A stretch of DNA of 64,000 bases, taken from an uncultured Gammaproteobacteria bacterium (lineage in GTDB: Bacteria > Patescibacteriota > Patescibacteriia > 2-12-FULL-57-11). The DNA is taken from assembly GCA_964648865.1 (NCBI GenBank), contig CAZYLV010000001.1, positions 84,509 to 148,508 of the forward strand, read 5' to 3'. A program made the translations under genes and the position numbers. Under the pieces are notes generated by a model. The model had not been told where the DNA came from and searched no databases. It saw only the letters and a list, made by a program, of their open reading frames with translations. Each line of letters opens with the position of its first letter. Position 1 is the stretch's first letter. This document shows, piece by piece, positions 1 to 9,050 of the stretch.

Positions 1-170
1 TCGCCCCATGCCTTGCTCTCGACGAGCGCCACGGCCTTTTCCGCGATCTTATGGGCGTCGGGGCGCGCCTTCACCGGACGCGCCGGCTTGCCGCTGGCAG
101 TGCGAAGCTCGATGGTCCCGCTGCCGGTACGGACCGGGACCACGAAATCGTCTTTCGGCAAATCCGCCAT
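1..170 (-). CDS. hypothetical protein, N-terminal part (runs off window)
   Basis: ATG at 170 preceded by TACACT-N8; open frame MADLPKDDFVVPVRTGSG... to the window edge. Confidence 0.6.
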   Translation of the reverse strand, partial: MADLPKDDFVVPVRTGSGTIELRTASGKPARPVKARPDAHKIAEKAVALVESKAWG

Positions 171-193
171 ACCCGAGAAGTGTACACAAACCC

Positions 194-222
194 TTGACAA
201 AAGGGTCCTTTCATGCTATTGT
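194..222 (+). promoter_or_regulatory. sigma70-type promoter; -35 lies within an inverted repeat
   Basis: TTGACA(194-199)-17 nt-TATTGT(217-222) with TG extension; ACCCTT-N5-AAGGGT at 190-206. Confidence 0.7.
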
Positions 223-289
223 AGCGCGTTCTGGAGGAGACTGCGACGTGGTGTCGCCGTCCTCGCTCCGGACACTGGGGTCCCTGACA

Positions 290-766
290 ATGGCATACCG
301 AGCTTCCACCGTCGTCCCGGCCGGGCACCTGCTGTGCGACACACACGGCATCCAACCGGTCCGCATCACCCACGACGGGAAGGAGCGGTGCCGGGTCTGC
401 CGCAGGGCGGAGGTCGTGAAGACCTGCCCGACCTGCGAAAAAGAGGTCCTGGGGTGCTGCACCGAGTGTCCGGGCAGGATCAACCTGGTCCGGACGCCGA
501 GCCGCCTCGACGGCATCATGAGCGGCCTGCGCGGGTTCCTCACCTGGGCCCTCACGGGCCTGTGGTGCGCGGGGTTCCTCGCCGTCATGCTCGTCGCCTA
601 CGTCCTCTTCAAGCTGCCGTTCATCCTGGCGGCCTCGGAGGTCGAGGCGATGGGCCACCCGGCCCACGCGCTCGCCATCATCGGCGGTCCGACCGCCGTG
701 GTCCTGCTGCTGGTCGTCGGCGGCTGGGCCGTCTACGCCGCATCCGAGTGGCTCACGAAGGACTGA
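290..766 (+). CDS. small membrane protein with Cys-rich (Zn-ribbon-like) N-terminus
   Basis: CDTH, CRVC, CPTC, CTEC motifs followed by two hydrophobic helices; alternative GTG start at 248 after GGAGG; hairpin terminator downstream. Confidence 0.65.
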   Translation: MAYRASTVVPAGHLLCDTHGIQPVRITHDGKERCRVCRRAEVVKTCPTCEKEVLGCCTECPGRINLVRTPSRLDGIMSGLRGFLTWALTGLWCAGFLAVMLVAYVLFKLPFILAASEVEAMGHPAHALAIIGGPTAVVLLLVVGGWAVYAASEWLTKD

Positions 767-790
767 CGCCTTCGCAAGCCGCACACCCCC

Positions 791-830
791 GAGGTCCGCA
801 CGCATCGCGCGTCGCGGACCTCTTTCTTTT
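791..830 (+). terminator. intrinsic terminator
   Basis: GAGGTCCGC...GCGGACCTC followed by TTTCTTTT. Confidence 0.7.
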
Positions 831-836
831 CCGCGC

Positions 837-2114
837 TTACGCCGCGGCGCGCCGCAGCGGGCTCTTCCACGCGAAGCTGCCAAGGACCTCGTCGAAGACG
901 GCCACGTCCATGAGCGACTCGTCGCCGCGCCGGCGCAGGATGTTGGCCACCTGGAGCGCCTCGCGCGCAGCCTCGGCCTCGGGCAGCTTGAGGGTCTCCT
1001 GGAGCAGGACCTGCAGGAAGAGCTTCACGAACTGCGGCGAGCCCGGGAAGACCTTGAAGGTGTCGAGGTCCACGGTGCGCTTCTCCTTTTCCAGATACGC
1101 GCGGACGACGTCCGAGAGCTCGCGGACGGAGAACAGCTCCGCCATGTCCCCTACCGCGGCGTAGGCGCGCAGCGCGGCCACGACCTGCTCCCGCGGCGGC
1201 GCCTTCTTGCCGCCCGTGAGCGCGGTCACCAACGCCTGGCGCAGGCGCGGCGGATCCTTGGCGACGTCACTGATCTTGCCGAGGGCCTCCCGCAGCGTGG
1301 CGGCGTATGCCGGCGTATCGACATAGGCCTGCTTCATGCGCTCGGCGGTCTGCTGGGCGACGTCCTTGGAGAGCGCGTCCGTGAACCGGTTCAGGTCCTC
1401 GTCGGCGCCGAGATCGCGGATGTCCCCTTCCGAGAACTCGCCGAGCCGACCATCACCCTCCACCAGCCTCCCACCCTCGTACCCGGCCATCTCCTCGGAC
1501 GACTTGCGGGTCATCTCCAGGACCGTGAACAGCCGCCGCAGGAAGGCCTTGTCCTCGGCGCTCTGGCGGGCGAAGTCGCTCTCCGTCCAGAAGCGGGCCT
1601 GCAGCAACGGCTCATCGACATCCGACCCCATGAAGGACAGGTACTCGGTCACCCAATTGCCGATGGTGCCCTGGCGCTCCAGCTTGTTGGCCACGGCGGC
1701 GAACGGTGGGGTCGCCGTCTCCTTGTTCTGGGTGAGGGCGTCGCGGATCCGGGCCTTGTACTCGTTACGCGCGCCGACGTCGAAGGACAACAGGTGGTCG
1801 CGCAACGCCAGCGTGAGGTCGAAGTCCGGCATCTGCTTGAGCACGGCCAGGCGCGTCCGGAACATGTCCATGACGTCCTTGTCGTCCTTGAGGACCGGCA
1901 GGGCCACCCACTGCGCCTTGCGGTACAGCGCGTCGTACTCCTTGGCGAAGTCCGGTTGCTCGAGCGCGAAGGTCGGGTTCTCGCGCAGGAAGATCTCATA
2001 GAACAGGCAGAACTCGTCGGCGTCCGCCACTTGGTTGGCCAAGAGGGCCTGCTCGACGCCCGATTTGGCCTGGGCGAGCGCTTCCGGGGTGTTGAGGGGG
2101 TAGGTGTACGCCAT
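837..2114 (-). CDS. hypothetical protein (425 aa, predicted helical)
   Basis: Clean ORF with normal composition, starts 3 nt after the upstream gene's stop. Confidence 0.8.
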   Translation of the reverse strand: MAYTYPLNTPEALAQAKSGVEQALLANQVADADEFCLFYEIFLRENPTFALEQPDFAKEYDALYRKAQWVALPVLKDDKDVMDMFRTRLAVLKQMPDFDLTLALRDHLLSFDVGARNEYKARIRDALTQNKETATPPFAAVANKLERQGTIGNWVTEYLSFMGSDVDEPLLQARFWTESDFARQSAEDKAFLRRLFTVLEMTRKSSEEMAGYEGGRLVEGDGRLGEFSEGDIRDLGADEDLNRFTDALSKDVAQQTAERMKQAYVDTPAYAATLREALGKISDVAKDPPRLRQALVTALTGGKKAPPREQVVAALRAYAAVGDMAELFSVRELSDVVRAYLEKEKRTVDLDTFKVFPGSPQFVKLFLQVLLQETLKLPEAEAAREALQVANILRRRGDESLMDVAVFDEVLGSFAWKSPLRRAAA

Positions 2115-2117
2115 AGG

Positions 2118-4862
2118 TCAGGCGGTGCGCGATTCCCGGAGCGCCGCGACGAACTCGCTGAGCGAGGGACCCTGTGCCTCGCCGGCCTTCTGGTCGACGG
2201 CCTGCTTGAGGTCGGCGCGGATCTTCTCGGCGATGGCCTCCCCGCCGGGGTTCCTGGAGGCGACGTCAGCCATCTTTTCGATGCTCCTGCTGAGCACGGC
2301 GAGGTCCTCGGCGCTGACGCGGTTCTTCTTGATGGCGTCGACGAGCTTATCGACGTTTCCGGGCCGGCCGAGGGCGTACATCCCGGCCCGGTCGGCATTG
2401 AGCAAACCGTCGGCCCCCTTGCCGCCCAAGGAGCTGACGATGCCTTCCTTGATGGCGTCGCCGAACTTCTTGCTGAGGTTGTCGGCGCGGGACTTGGCGT
2501 ACTCCACGTCGCTCACGAAGCTCTTGGTACCGGCCGCGCCGACCTTGGTCATGTTGCTGTAGCGGTAGTCCTTGTTGCGGTTCTCGGCGGAGACGGTGTC
2601 CATGACGTCCAGCATCTGGCCCTGGGAGACGCCGGCGCTGCCCTTGAGGAAGTCGCCGAGCTTCTGGAAATCCTCGCGGGCGTTGCCGGACAGCTGGACG
2701 CCCACGGCCTTGCCGAAGTCGTCGGCCACGCCGTCGGCGAAGGCCTTCTTGAAGACCCGCACCATGGCGTCCGGATCGCCCTGCTTCTGTGCCACCTGGT
2801 ACATGCCTGCGAGCTCGTCGCCGGAGAGCCGATGCTTGGCGAGCTCCGGCGGCAGGCGGCCGCCCAAGGCGCGCGAGGAGACCGCCATCTGCTCGTAGCG
2901 CTTGGCGCTCTCGGTGACCCCTTTGACGAGCGGTGCGAGCCGGGTGAGCTCCTCCTCGGCACCGTCGATCTCCTGCTCGGCGCGGGCGCGGCGCTCGGCC
3001 TGCGCCTCGCCGTGCTCTTCCTGCGCCCGGTTGAAGCGGCCGACAAGGCTCTCCCCCGCGCCGGCAGCGGCGAGCGCGGCGACCGCCTCGGCCGTGATCG
3101 GCTGGTTGTTCTCCGCGGCGGCCAGCGCATTCGCCAGGGCCTCGGCCTTCTGCTCCCCTTCCCGTCGCGCAAGCGGAGTGCCGCCTTGCTGCGAAAGGCG
3201 CGTCGCTGCCTCGAACTCGTTGGTGAGGCCGAGCCGGAGGTCCTCGGTCATGGCCAATCCTGCGAACTCCGCTTCGGACGCCTGGACCTCGGCGCGCGCC
3301 GCCGCCAAACGCGCCTGTTGGGCCTTCTGCTGGTCCTGGAGTCCGCCGAGCTCGCCGCGTCGCTCGGCGGCGCGCTTGGCGTAGAGCTCGGGGCCGCTGC
3401 TCTCGACCCACTCCTTCCAGTTGCGCGCGTTGTGGAGGCTCTTGATCCCTCCGATGGGTGAGACCGCGGCGAGCGCGGCGGACTTGATGAGACCCTCCTT
3501 GGCGGCGAGCTCCGGCGCGCCGAAGAAACGGTTGAAGCTCGCCGCGGCGCCGCCCCGCGCGATGCGCGATTGGATGGTCGACTGCGAGCGTTCCTGCGCC
3601 GCAGCGACGCGTGCGTCCATGCCCTTGCGCCAGCCGGTGGTGTAGTGCCCGAATCCGGGGACGTGGAATCCGGTGCGCCGGGCGAAGTTGGCCTCGGCGA
3701 TCTTGGCGTAGGAGCCGGCGGTGTAGAGCGCGCCGCGACCGACGGCCCGGGCGGGTTTGCGGAAGGCGTCCACGCCGCGCTCCTGGAACCATCGGGCGGA
3801 GCCTGCCATCATGCCGCCGCCCATCACTCCGAGCTGCGAGGTCATCGTCATGCCGCCCATGAGCAGCGCGATGGCGATGATGAAGGAGGCGAACTCCTGC
3901 TGCGACCCGAGCTCCGAGACGAACAGCGAGGTCCCCTCGCCCTCGGTGCCGGCCGCACCGCTGGCGGCGACATTGAGGTCGGCGGCGATGTCGCCCGCCC
4001 CGGCGACGGCCAACGACAACCACAGGAAGAAGGCCACGAACGGGCCGACGACGACGTAATTGCCGAACATCTTCCACCACTGCGCATAGGCACCGGCGGC
4101 CGCGCCCTTGGGGAAGGCCGAGAGGAAGAAGGCCAGCGGCGAGAGCACCACGAGGAGCCACAGCATGACGATGCGGCCGATGAGGATGAGCATCATGATG
4201 GCCACCGCCACCGAGGCGATCAGCATCATCACCGCCGCGAGCACCAGCGAGCCGACGGTCGACCAGGTCTGGGTCCGGGCGTCGACAGCCGCCTCGGCGC
4301 GCTCACCGATGAGTTCCCAGGCGCCGGACACCTGGAACATCTGGACGAAGTTGCCGCCGGCGATGGCCGAGAAGCCGTTGACGAACGTCAGCATCACGAC
4401 CTGCGAGAAGTCGATGAGGAGGCCGCAGATGACCTTGGAGAAGTTGATGAGCACGGCCATGATCAAGAGCCGCGGCAGCATCCGCTTGTAGCTGTACTCC
4501 TCCACCCCGAGGATGGTGCCGAAGGCGATGACCAGCATCACCAGGATGAAGAACATGTTGGTCAGGTCGCGGACGATCACCCAGCCGCGCTCGACCGCCT
4601 CCGCGGTGGCGAACCCGTTGTAGGCGGCGATGTCGACCAGCAGCTCGACGAGGAACGTCAACAGCTGGGTGAAGACCCAACCGAAGAACTCGGCGATGGC
4701 GCCGACCATCTGCGCGAGACCGCTTTCCAGGCCGGTCAACTCCTCGGCATGCGCCACGCCGCCCACGGACAACCCGAGGGTGACGCAGCCCAACAGCACG
4801 GGCAGGCGCCAGCTGGGCCCGGTCACGAGCCATGCCGCGATGCGGGAAAATGCGGTGCGCAT
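2118..4862 (-). CDS. TrbL/VirB6-like polytopic membrane protein with long coiled-coil C-terminal tail
   Basis: GWVIVRDLTNMFFIL...LLIMAVLINFS...RIVMLWLLVVLSPLAF segments typical of VirB6-like proteins seen in CPR genomes; many TM helices in the N-terminal ~350 aa. Confidence 0.75.
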   Translation of the reverse strand: MRTAFSRIAAWLVTGPSWRLPVLLGCVTLGLSVGGVAHAEELTGLESGLAQMVGAIAEFFGWVFTQLLTFLVELLVDIAAYNGFATAEAVERGWVIVRDLTNMFFILVMLVIAFGTILGVEEYSYKRMLPRLLIMAVLINFSKVICGLLIDFSQVVMLTFVNGFSAIAGGNFVQMFQVSGAWELIGERAEAAVDARTQTWSTVGSLVLAAVMMLIASVAVAIMMLILIGRIVMLWLLVVLSPLAFFLSAFPKGAAAGAYAQWWKMFGNYVVVGPFVAFFLWLSLAVAGAGDIAADLNVAASGAAGTEGEGTSLFVSELGSQQEFASFIIAIALLMGGMTMTSQLGVMGGGMMAGSARWFQERGVDAFRKPARAVGRGALYTAGSYAKIAEANFARRTGFHVPGFGHYTTGWRKGMDARVAAAQERSQSTIQSRIARGGAAASFNRFFGAPELAAKEGLIKSAALAAVSPIGGIKSLHNARNWKEWVESSGPELYAKRAAERRGELGGLQDQQKAQQARLAAARAEVQASEAEFAGLAMTEDLRLGLTNEFEAATRLSQQGGTPLARREGEQKAEALANALAAAENNQPITAEAVAALAAAGAGESLVGRFNRAQEEHGEAQAERRARAEQEIDGAEEELTRLAPLVKGVTESAKRYEQMAVSSRALGGRLPPELAKHRLSGDELAGMYQVAQKQGDPDAMVRVFKKAFADGVADDFGKAVGVQLSGNAREDFQKLGDFLKGSAGVSQGQMLDVMDTVSAENRNKDYRYSNMTKVGAAGTKSFVSDVEYAKSRADNLSKKFGDAIKEGIVSSLGGKGADGLLNADRAGMYALGRPGNVDKLVDAIKKNRVSAEDLAVLSRSIEKMADVASRNPGGEAIAEKIRADLKQAVDQKAGEAQGPSLSEFVAALRESRTA

Positions 4863-4892
4863 GGGGAGGAAATCAGCATCAGTATATAGAAG

Positions 4893-4935
4893 AAAAAAGC
4901 CCCGTACCAGTCGAGCCGAGCTCGATGGACGGGGC
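4893..4935 (-). terminator. intrinsic terminator of the M23 gene
   Basis: Bulged hairpin GCCCCGTCCATCGAGC/GCTCGACTGGTACGGGC then TTTTTT on the minus strand. Confidence 0.6.
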
Positions 4936-4945
4936 GGCCGGGGCG

Positions 4946-4965
4946 CCTGCCTGCCGGCAGGCAGG
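4946..4965. repeat. perfect 20-bp palindrome CCTGCCTGCCGGCAGGCAGG (REP-like element)
   Basis: Read directly; single intergenic copy noticed in this window. Confidence 0.85.
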
Positions 4966-5001
4966 GGTGATGAGCCCTCCGGCCAGCGTGCGCCTGGGGC
5001 A

Positions 5002-6921
5002 TCAGGGACACGCGCCGACGCAGAACCTGAGGTTGCAGCCGATCCCGTCCGCGATGGACGGATCGTGCCAGGCGAAGATGGTCGCGGGGAGGCCGTCCAC
5101 CCAGACCTCGGGCAGGCCGTACGGCAGCGTGAAGGTGCCGAGCGGCCACTCCTCGCACATCCAACGATCTCCGGGGAACTCGCCGTTCATCCGGTACCAT
5201 CCGTCCCCGACGCCGCTCCATGCGCGATCGACCGTCCCCGCGCTCGGCGCAAACCAGCTCGGGATGAGGTCGCCGGTGAAGGTCCAGCTGCCGGCGTATC
5301 CGGAGAACCGGATACGCACGGCATGCCCGCTCGGCGGCGGAGGCGGAGGGGGTGCACAGGCGCCGTCTTCGTCCACGAGACCGTCGCAGTCGTCGTCGAA
5401 GCCGTTGCAGGCCTCCGCGACGGGGGTGCACGTCGGCGGCGGAGGTGCACCGGCATCGGGCACGGGCATTCCGGCGTCGGAGGACGGAAGCGGGACTCCC
5501 GCGTCGCCCGGCGCGGACATGCCGGCGTCAGGCGACGAGGAGGGGGACGCGCCACCGAACCCTCCGAACACGCCCGACAGATCGTCGGGTACGCGCGGCG
5601 GCGGGACGGCGCCGGCGCAACCGACGAGATCCTCCCAGACGAGCGCAGGCAGGTCCGGATCCTGGCCGCGGGTCAGCGCGTCGATGCTGCCGGAAGGCGC
5701 TTCGAGCACGTCGTCCGGGGCGAAGCCGAGCGCCCAGAGCATCTCCGGACGCGCGGCGTAGGCGTGCCCGCCGTGCATCACGTACCAATACCGGGCGCCA
5801 TCGCGGGCGATGGTCCCGTCACGCAGATACAGACTGGCTTCCTGGAGCGGCCAACCGCAGCCCTCATGCCCCTCAACGACTTCCGACTCACGGAAGCCCC
5901 AGGAGGCGAGGAGCGTGCGGAAGAGCGCACCACCCTGGGTCCCGGGAACCCACCAGCGACGCCGGTCGCCCCGGTCGTCGACGGCCAGGTAGTGGCCGCC
6001 GTCGCCGCAACGGGTGACGCGCATGGTCACCGGCCACGTGAAGGTCGGCCCGAAGATGGCGCAGGAGAATTCCTCCTCGCCGATGGTCACCACCAGCCCG
6101 AACGGGTCCGCGAAGTCGCGGAACAGGCGCCGCGAACGCAGGTCATCCTCCGTCCGCAGCCAGCGCAGCCGACCGTCGTCATCCACCAGAAAAATCTCGG
6201 GGCGACCCACGCGCTTGACGAGGGTCCCCGGCGGATGCCGTGCGAAGCCGACGTTGTCGCTGCGCAAGCGCACGCCCTCGTGGCCGACCAGGTACCAATA
6301 TCCGGAAATCGGCTCGGGAAGGACGCCCATGCCGTCGCACATCGTCTTGAAGTGGACGTGCAATCCCGGATGCGCAGGGCAGGAGGACCCGAAGACCGTG
6401 CCGGTGTTGCCTTCGTGGCAGATGAGTTGGCCCTGGTGCACCCACTGCCCGTCCGCGACCACGACCTCGTCGCAATGCGCATAGTGCGTCTCGCAGCCGT
6501 TACCGTGGTCGATGAGCAGGTTATTGCCGTAGCCGTGGTCGCCGTTGAAGAAGACCACCCCCGAAGCCGCGGCGAGCACCGGCGCGCGCCAGGAGGAACA
6601 GCCTTCGCCCGCGAAATCGAGGGCGAAACGGTCGTCCATGTGCGGCATGCCGTAGTCGACATGGGTGCCGACCTCGTAGCCGCGCGTCAGGATACGCTCC
6701 TCGCCTGCCGGGAACGGCAGGCGCAAGCGCAGCCCGTAGGAACCTGCGGAGCGGACCGTACCGCCCGTGCCCGGCCCTCCGGTGCCGGGACCGCCGGTGG
6801 GGGGTGCGTGCATCCCGGCATCGTGCTCCGGGAGCGACGGCACCTCGCCATCGGCTTCCGGCAGCCGGATGCAGCCGGACACGCTGAAGGTGAACATGCA
6901 CAGTAGACTGATGGACCGCAT
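5002..6921 (-). CDS. exported/lipoprotein M23 peptidase with MopE-like metal-binding repeat
   Basis: Lipobox-like VSGC; M23 motifs ALDF, GYGN, YAHC, GNTG, LHVHF; EACNGFDDDCDGLVDE repeat; DAG/Pro-rich linker; GAGGAG RBS. Confidence 0.85.
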   Translation of the reverse strand: MRSISLLCMFTFSVSGCIRLPEADGEVPSLPEHDAGMHAPPTGGPGTGGPGTGGTVRSAGSYGLRLRLPFPAGEERILTRGYEVGTHVDYGMPHMDDRFALDFAGEGCSSWRAPVLAAASGVVFFNGDHGYGNNLLIDHGNGCETHYAHCDEVVVADGQWVHQGQLICHEGNTGTVFGSSCPAHPGLHVHFKTMCDGMGVLPEPISGYWYLVGHEGVRLRSDNVGFARHPPGTLVKRVGRPEIFLVDDDGRLRWLRTEDDLRSRRLFRDFADPFGLVVTIGEEEFSCAIFGPTFTWPVTMRVTRCGDGGHYLAVDDRGDRRRWWVPGTQGGALFRTLLASWGFRESEVVEGHEGCGWPLQEASLYLRDGTIARDGARYWYVMHGGHAYAARPEMLWALGFAPDDVLEAPSGSIDALTRGQDPDLPALVWEDLVGCAGAVPPPRVPDDLSGVFGGFGGASPSSSPDAGMSAPGDAGVPLPSSDAGMPVPDAGAPPPPTCTPVAEACNGFDDDCDGLVDEDGACAPPPPPPPSGHAVRIRFSGYAGSWTFTGDLIPSWFAPSAGTVDRAWSGVGDGWYRMNGEFPGDRWMCEEWPLGTFTLPYGLPEVWVDGLPATIFAWHDPSIADGIGCNLRFCVGACP

Positions 6922-7004
6922 GACGTGACTCCTCGATTGTTCAGGAACGGAGGGTTCTCTCCCCCGACGGAGGGTGCGCCGCTCTGCCGGAGGGAAAACG
7001 GATG

Positions 7005-7976
7005 TCAGCGGACGCTGCGGACGAGCGCCTCGACGTCGGAACGGATGTCCTGGTCGGCGCTGGCATTCACCATGAGGGTGGCGTACTGCGGATTGGCACG
7101 GGCGGGGAAGAGATAGGAGACCATGCGGACGTCCCCTCCATACCGGGAGGCATCGTGCGTCATGCGATAGATGCCGTCGGCGATCGGCTCCCAGGAGACG
7201 ATCCTGAAGGGTTGCGCCAAGGCCATGGCCGCGGTCTGAGCGGACGAGAAGTCGGCGGACCCCGGTCGCACCGTGAAATACATCGGCGTGCCCTCACCGA
7301 CACCTTCACTGTAGTCGACGGAAGCTGCGGTGAGGGACACGCGCTCCTCGTCCGTGAATCCCAGCGTCACCCGCTTGCCGGCATCGATGCCGACAAGCTC
7401 CCGTGACACGCGCACGTCGCCCCATCGTACCGGGTAATCGAACGAGAGCCCCACGTCCGCATCCGTGTACGTCTTCGTGGCGGAGGGCGCGCACTCGATG
7501 CAGTCCTCCTGCTCGATACGCGTTGCGATGTCCGAGACCCTGAGCAGCTCGGCGACCGGCACCGGACGGCGGAGCGTATAGCGCACGCAGGGCGCGCGCC
7601 CGTCCTCGCAGCGGTAGCCGATGCGCTCAAGCACCTCGCGGTCGGCGTCGGTCGCATCGGCGGACAGGACGACGCGCGAGGCAGCGATGTACATCGCCTC
7701 CTCTCCCCCGAAAAGCGCATCGAGCCGCGATGTCCCGCACTGGTGGGCGGTCAGCAACGCGCCGACGGTCTTGAGATGCGAGAACCGCTGCGCGACCGGC
7801 AACGTCTCGGCATCATCCGCGACGGCCACGCCGCACGCCTCGGCGTCCGAATAGACGTCCGCCTGGGACGACACTTCTGAAACGGGTGTCGACGGCTGCT
7901 CCGCGACGGGATTCACGCACCCGGCTCCGGCGAGCAGCAGGGCGGTTGCCAGACCGAGGACTGTTCGACGCTCCAT
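7005..7976 (-). CDS. lipoprotein of unknown function
   Basis: Signal peptide ending LLLAGAGC; YTDADVGLSFDYP motif in the C-terminal half. Confidence 0.8.
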   Translation of the reverse strand: MERRTVLGLATALLLAGAGCVNPVAEQPSTPVSEVSSQADVYSDAEACGVAVADDAETLPVAQRFSHLKTVGALLTAHQCGTSRLDALFGGEEAMYIAASRVVLSADATDADREVLERIGYRCEDGRAPCVRYTLRRPVPVAELLRVSDIATRIEQEDCIECAPSATKTYTDADVGLSFDYPVRWGDVRVSRELVGIDAGKRVTLGFTDEERVSLTAASVDYSEGVGEGTPMYFTVRPGSADFSSAQTAAMALAQPFRIVSWEPIADGIYRMTHDASRYGGDVRMVSYLFPARANPQYATLMVNASADQDIRSDVEALVRSVR

Positions 7977-7984
7977 ACGAAGGG

Positions 7985-8365
7985 GTCAAGGCGTAAGATC
8001 CTGGCGTATCACGACTGCCGTACGCCTGCAAGCCCACGATGCCCCGGCGGCAGGTCTGGGAGCGGAACGGTCGAAACACCCCAGGACTGCCGCCGGTCCT
8101 TGCCGTAAGGCCGGAGCGCGGTCCCGCCGACCGCCGAGGTTGCCCGCCGCGGCACCCATCCATGGGCGCAAGCGCGGTGTGGGCGCTCGTGCGGAGCGAG
8201 GCTGCATCGCTCGCAGGAAACGGCACCGTGTCCAGTACGTCCGGGCAGGCGGATGGCGGTCCGCGGGAGGTACGTTCTCCGTCGCAAGCGACGGTCTCCC
8301 CTCCTCGCGGCATCCCTCCGGTGGTCGCACCTGTCACCCGAGGGAATCCGCCGCGCCTGCTTCTG
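7985..8365 (-). ncRNA. candidate large structured RNA or long 5' leader
   Basis: Gap with no convincing ORF; several nested helices; G(CUUG)C tetraloop; upstream promoter TTGACG-16-TACGCT (8398-8371). Confidence 0.4.
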
Positions 8366-8569
8366 TATCCAGCGTACGTCCCTCGCGCAGAGCGTCAATG
8401 CGCGCCCGAGTGTACACCGCCGCTGGACACGAACTGTCCCGCCGAGCGACCGACGGAGCGCCTGCAGTTAGCCTTGTCTGTGCACTTTTCGCCGATTCTA
8501 TCCACAGGAAAAACGGGTCGAGCGAAAAAAGTTTATCCCCAGGAGGAGTTGTGATAGGGTGGCCGCGAT

Positions 8570-9022
8570 ATGGAACCCTGCATCTTCTGCGCCATCATTG
8601 CGGGTAAAGCGCCCGCACATCGCATCTGGGAAGACGACCGTCACCTGGCGTTCCTCTCGATTTTCCCGAACACGCCCGGCTTCAGCGTCGTCATCACCAA
8701 AGAACACCAGCCGAGCTATGTCTTCGATCTCGCGGACGACGTGTTCCTCGCGCTCATCCGTGCTGCCCGGACCGTCGGAAAGCTGCTCGACGCCCGACTC
8801 GAGGATGTGGGCCGCACCGGCATGATCGCCGAGGGGTTCGGCGTCGACCATGCGCACATCAAGCTCTTCCCGATGCACGGCACGAAGATGAAGGACTGGC
8901 GGCCCATCACATCAGACGTCGACAAGTACTTCGAACGGTACGAGGGCTACATCTCCTCCCACGACCATAAACGCGCCGACGACGCGGAACTGGAACGGTT
9001 GGCGAAGAGGATCCGCGGATAA
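8570..9022 (+). CDS. HIT family hydrolase
   Basis: CIFCAII N-terminus, LSIFPNTPG, variant triad VDHAHIKLFP. Confidence 0.9.
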   Translation: MEPCIFCAIIAGKAPAHRIWEDDRHLAFLSIFPNTPGFSVVITKEHQPSYVFDLADDVFLALIRAARTVGKLLDARLEDVGRTGMIAEGFGVDHAHIKLFPMHGTKMKDWRPITSDVDKYFERYEGYISSHDHKRADDAELERLAKRIRG

Positions 9023-9044
9023 AAAAACCGACCCGGAGGTCGGT
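9021..9044 (-). terminator. intrinsic terminator between convergent genes
   Basis: ACCGACC-CGGA-GGTCGGT hairpin with an A7 run on the plus strand (U-tract on minus). Confidence 0.6.
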
Positions 9045-9050
9045 GCCGCG

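Noticed and set aside
7985-8365. RNase P RNA, tmRNA, SRP RNA or SAM/cobalamin riboswitch
   Set aside because: Diagnostic sequences (e.g. GAGGAAAGTCC, tRNA-like CCA end, GGAAGCAGC) were not found on either strand.
8498-8541. Two one-mismatch DnaA boxes (CTATCCACA, TTATCCCCA) as a replication origin
   Set aside because: Only two imperfect boxes, no long AT-rich unwinding element, and no dnaA/dnaN in the window.
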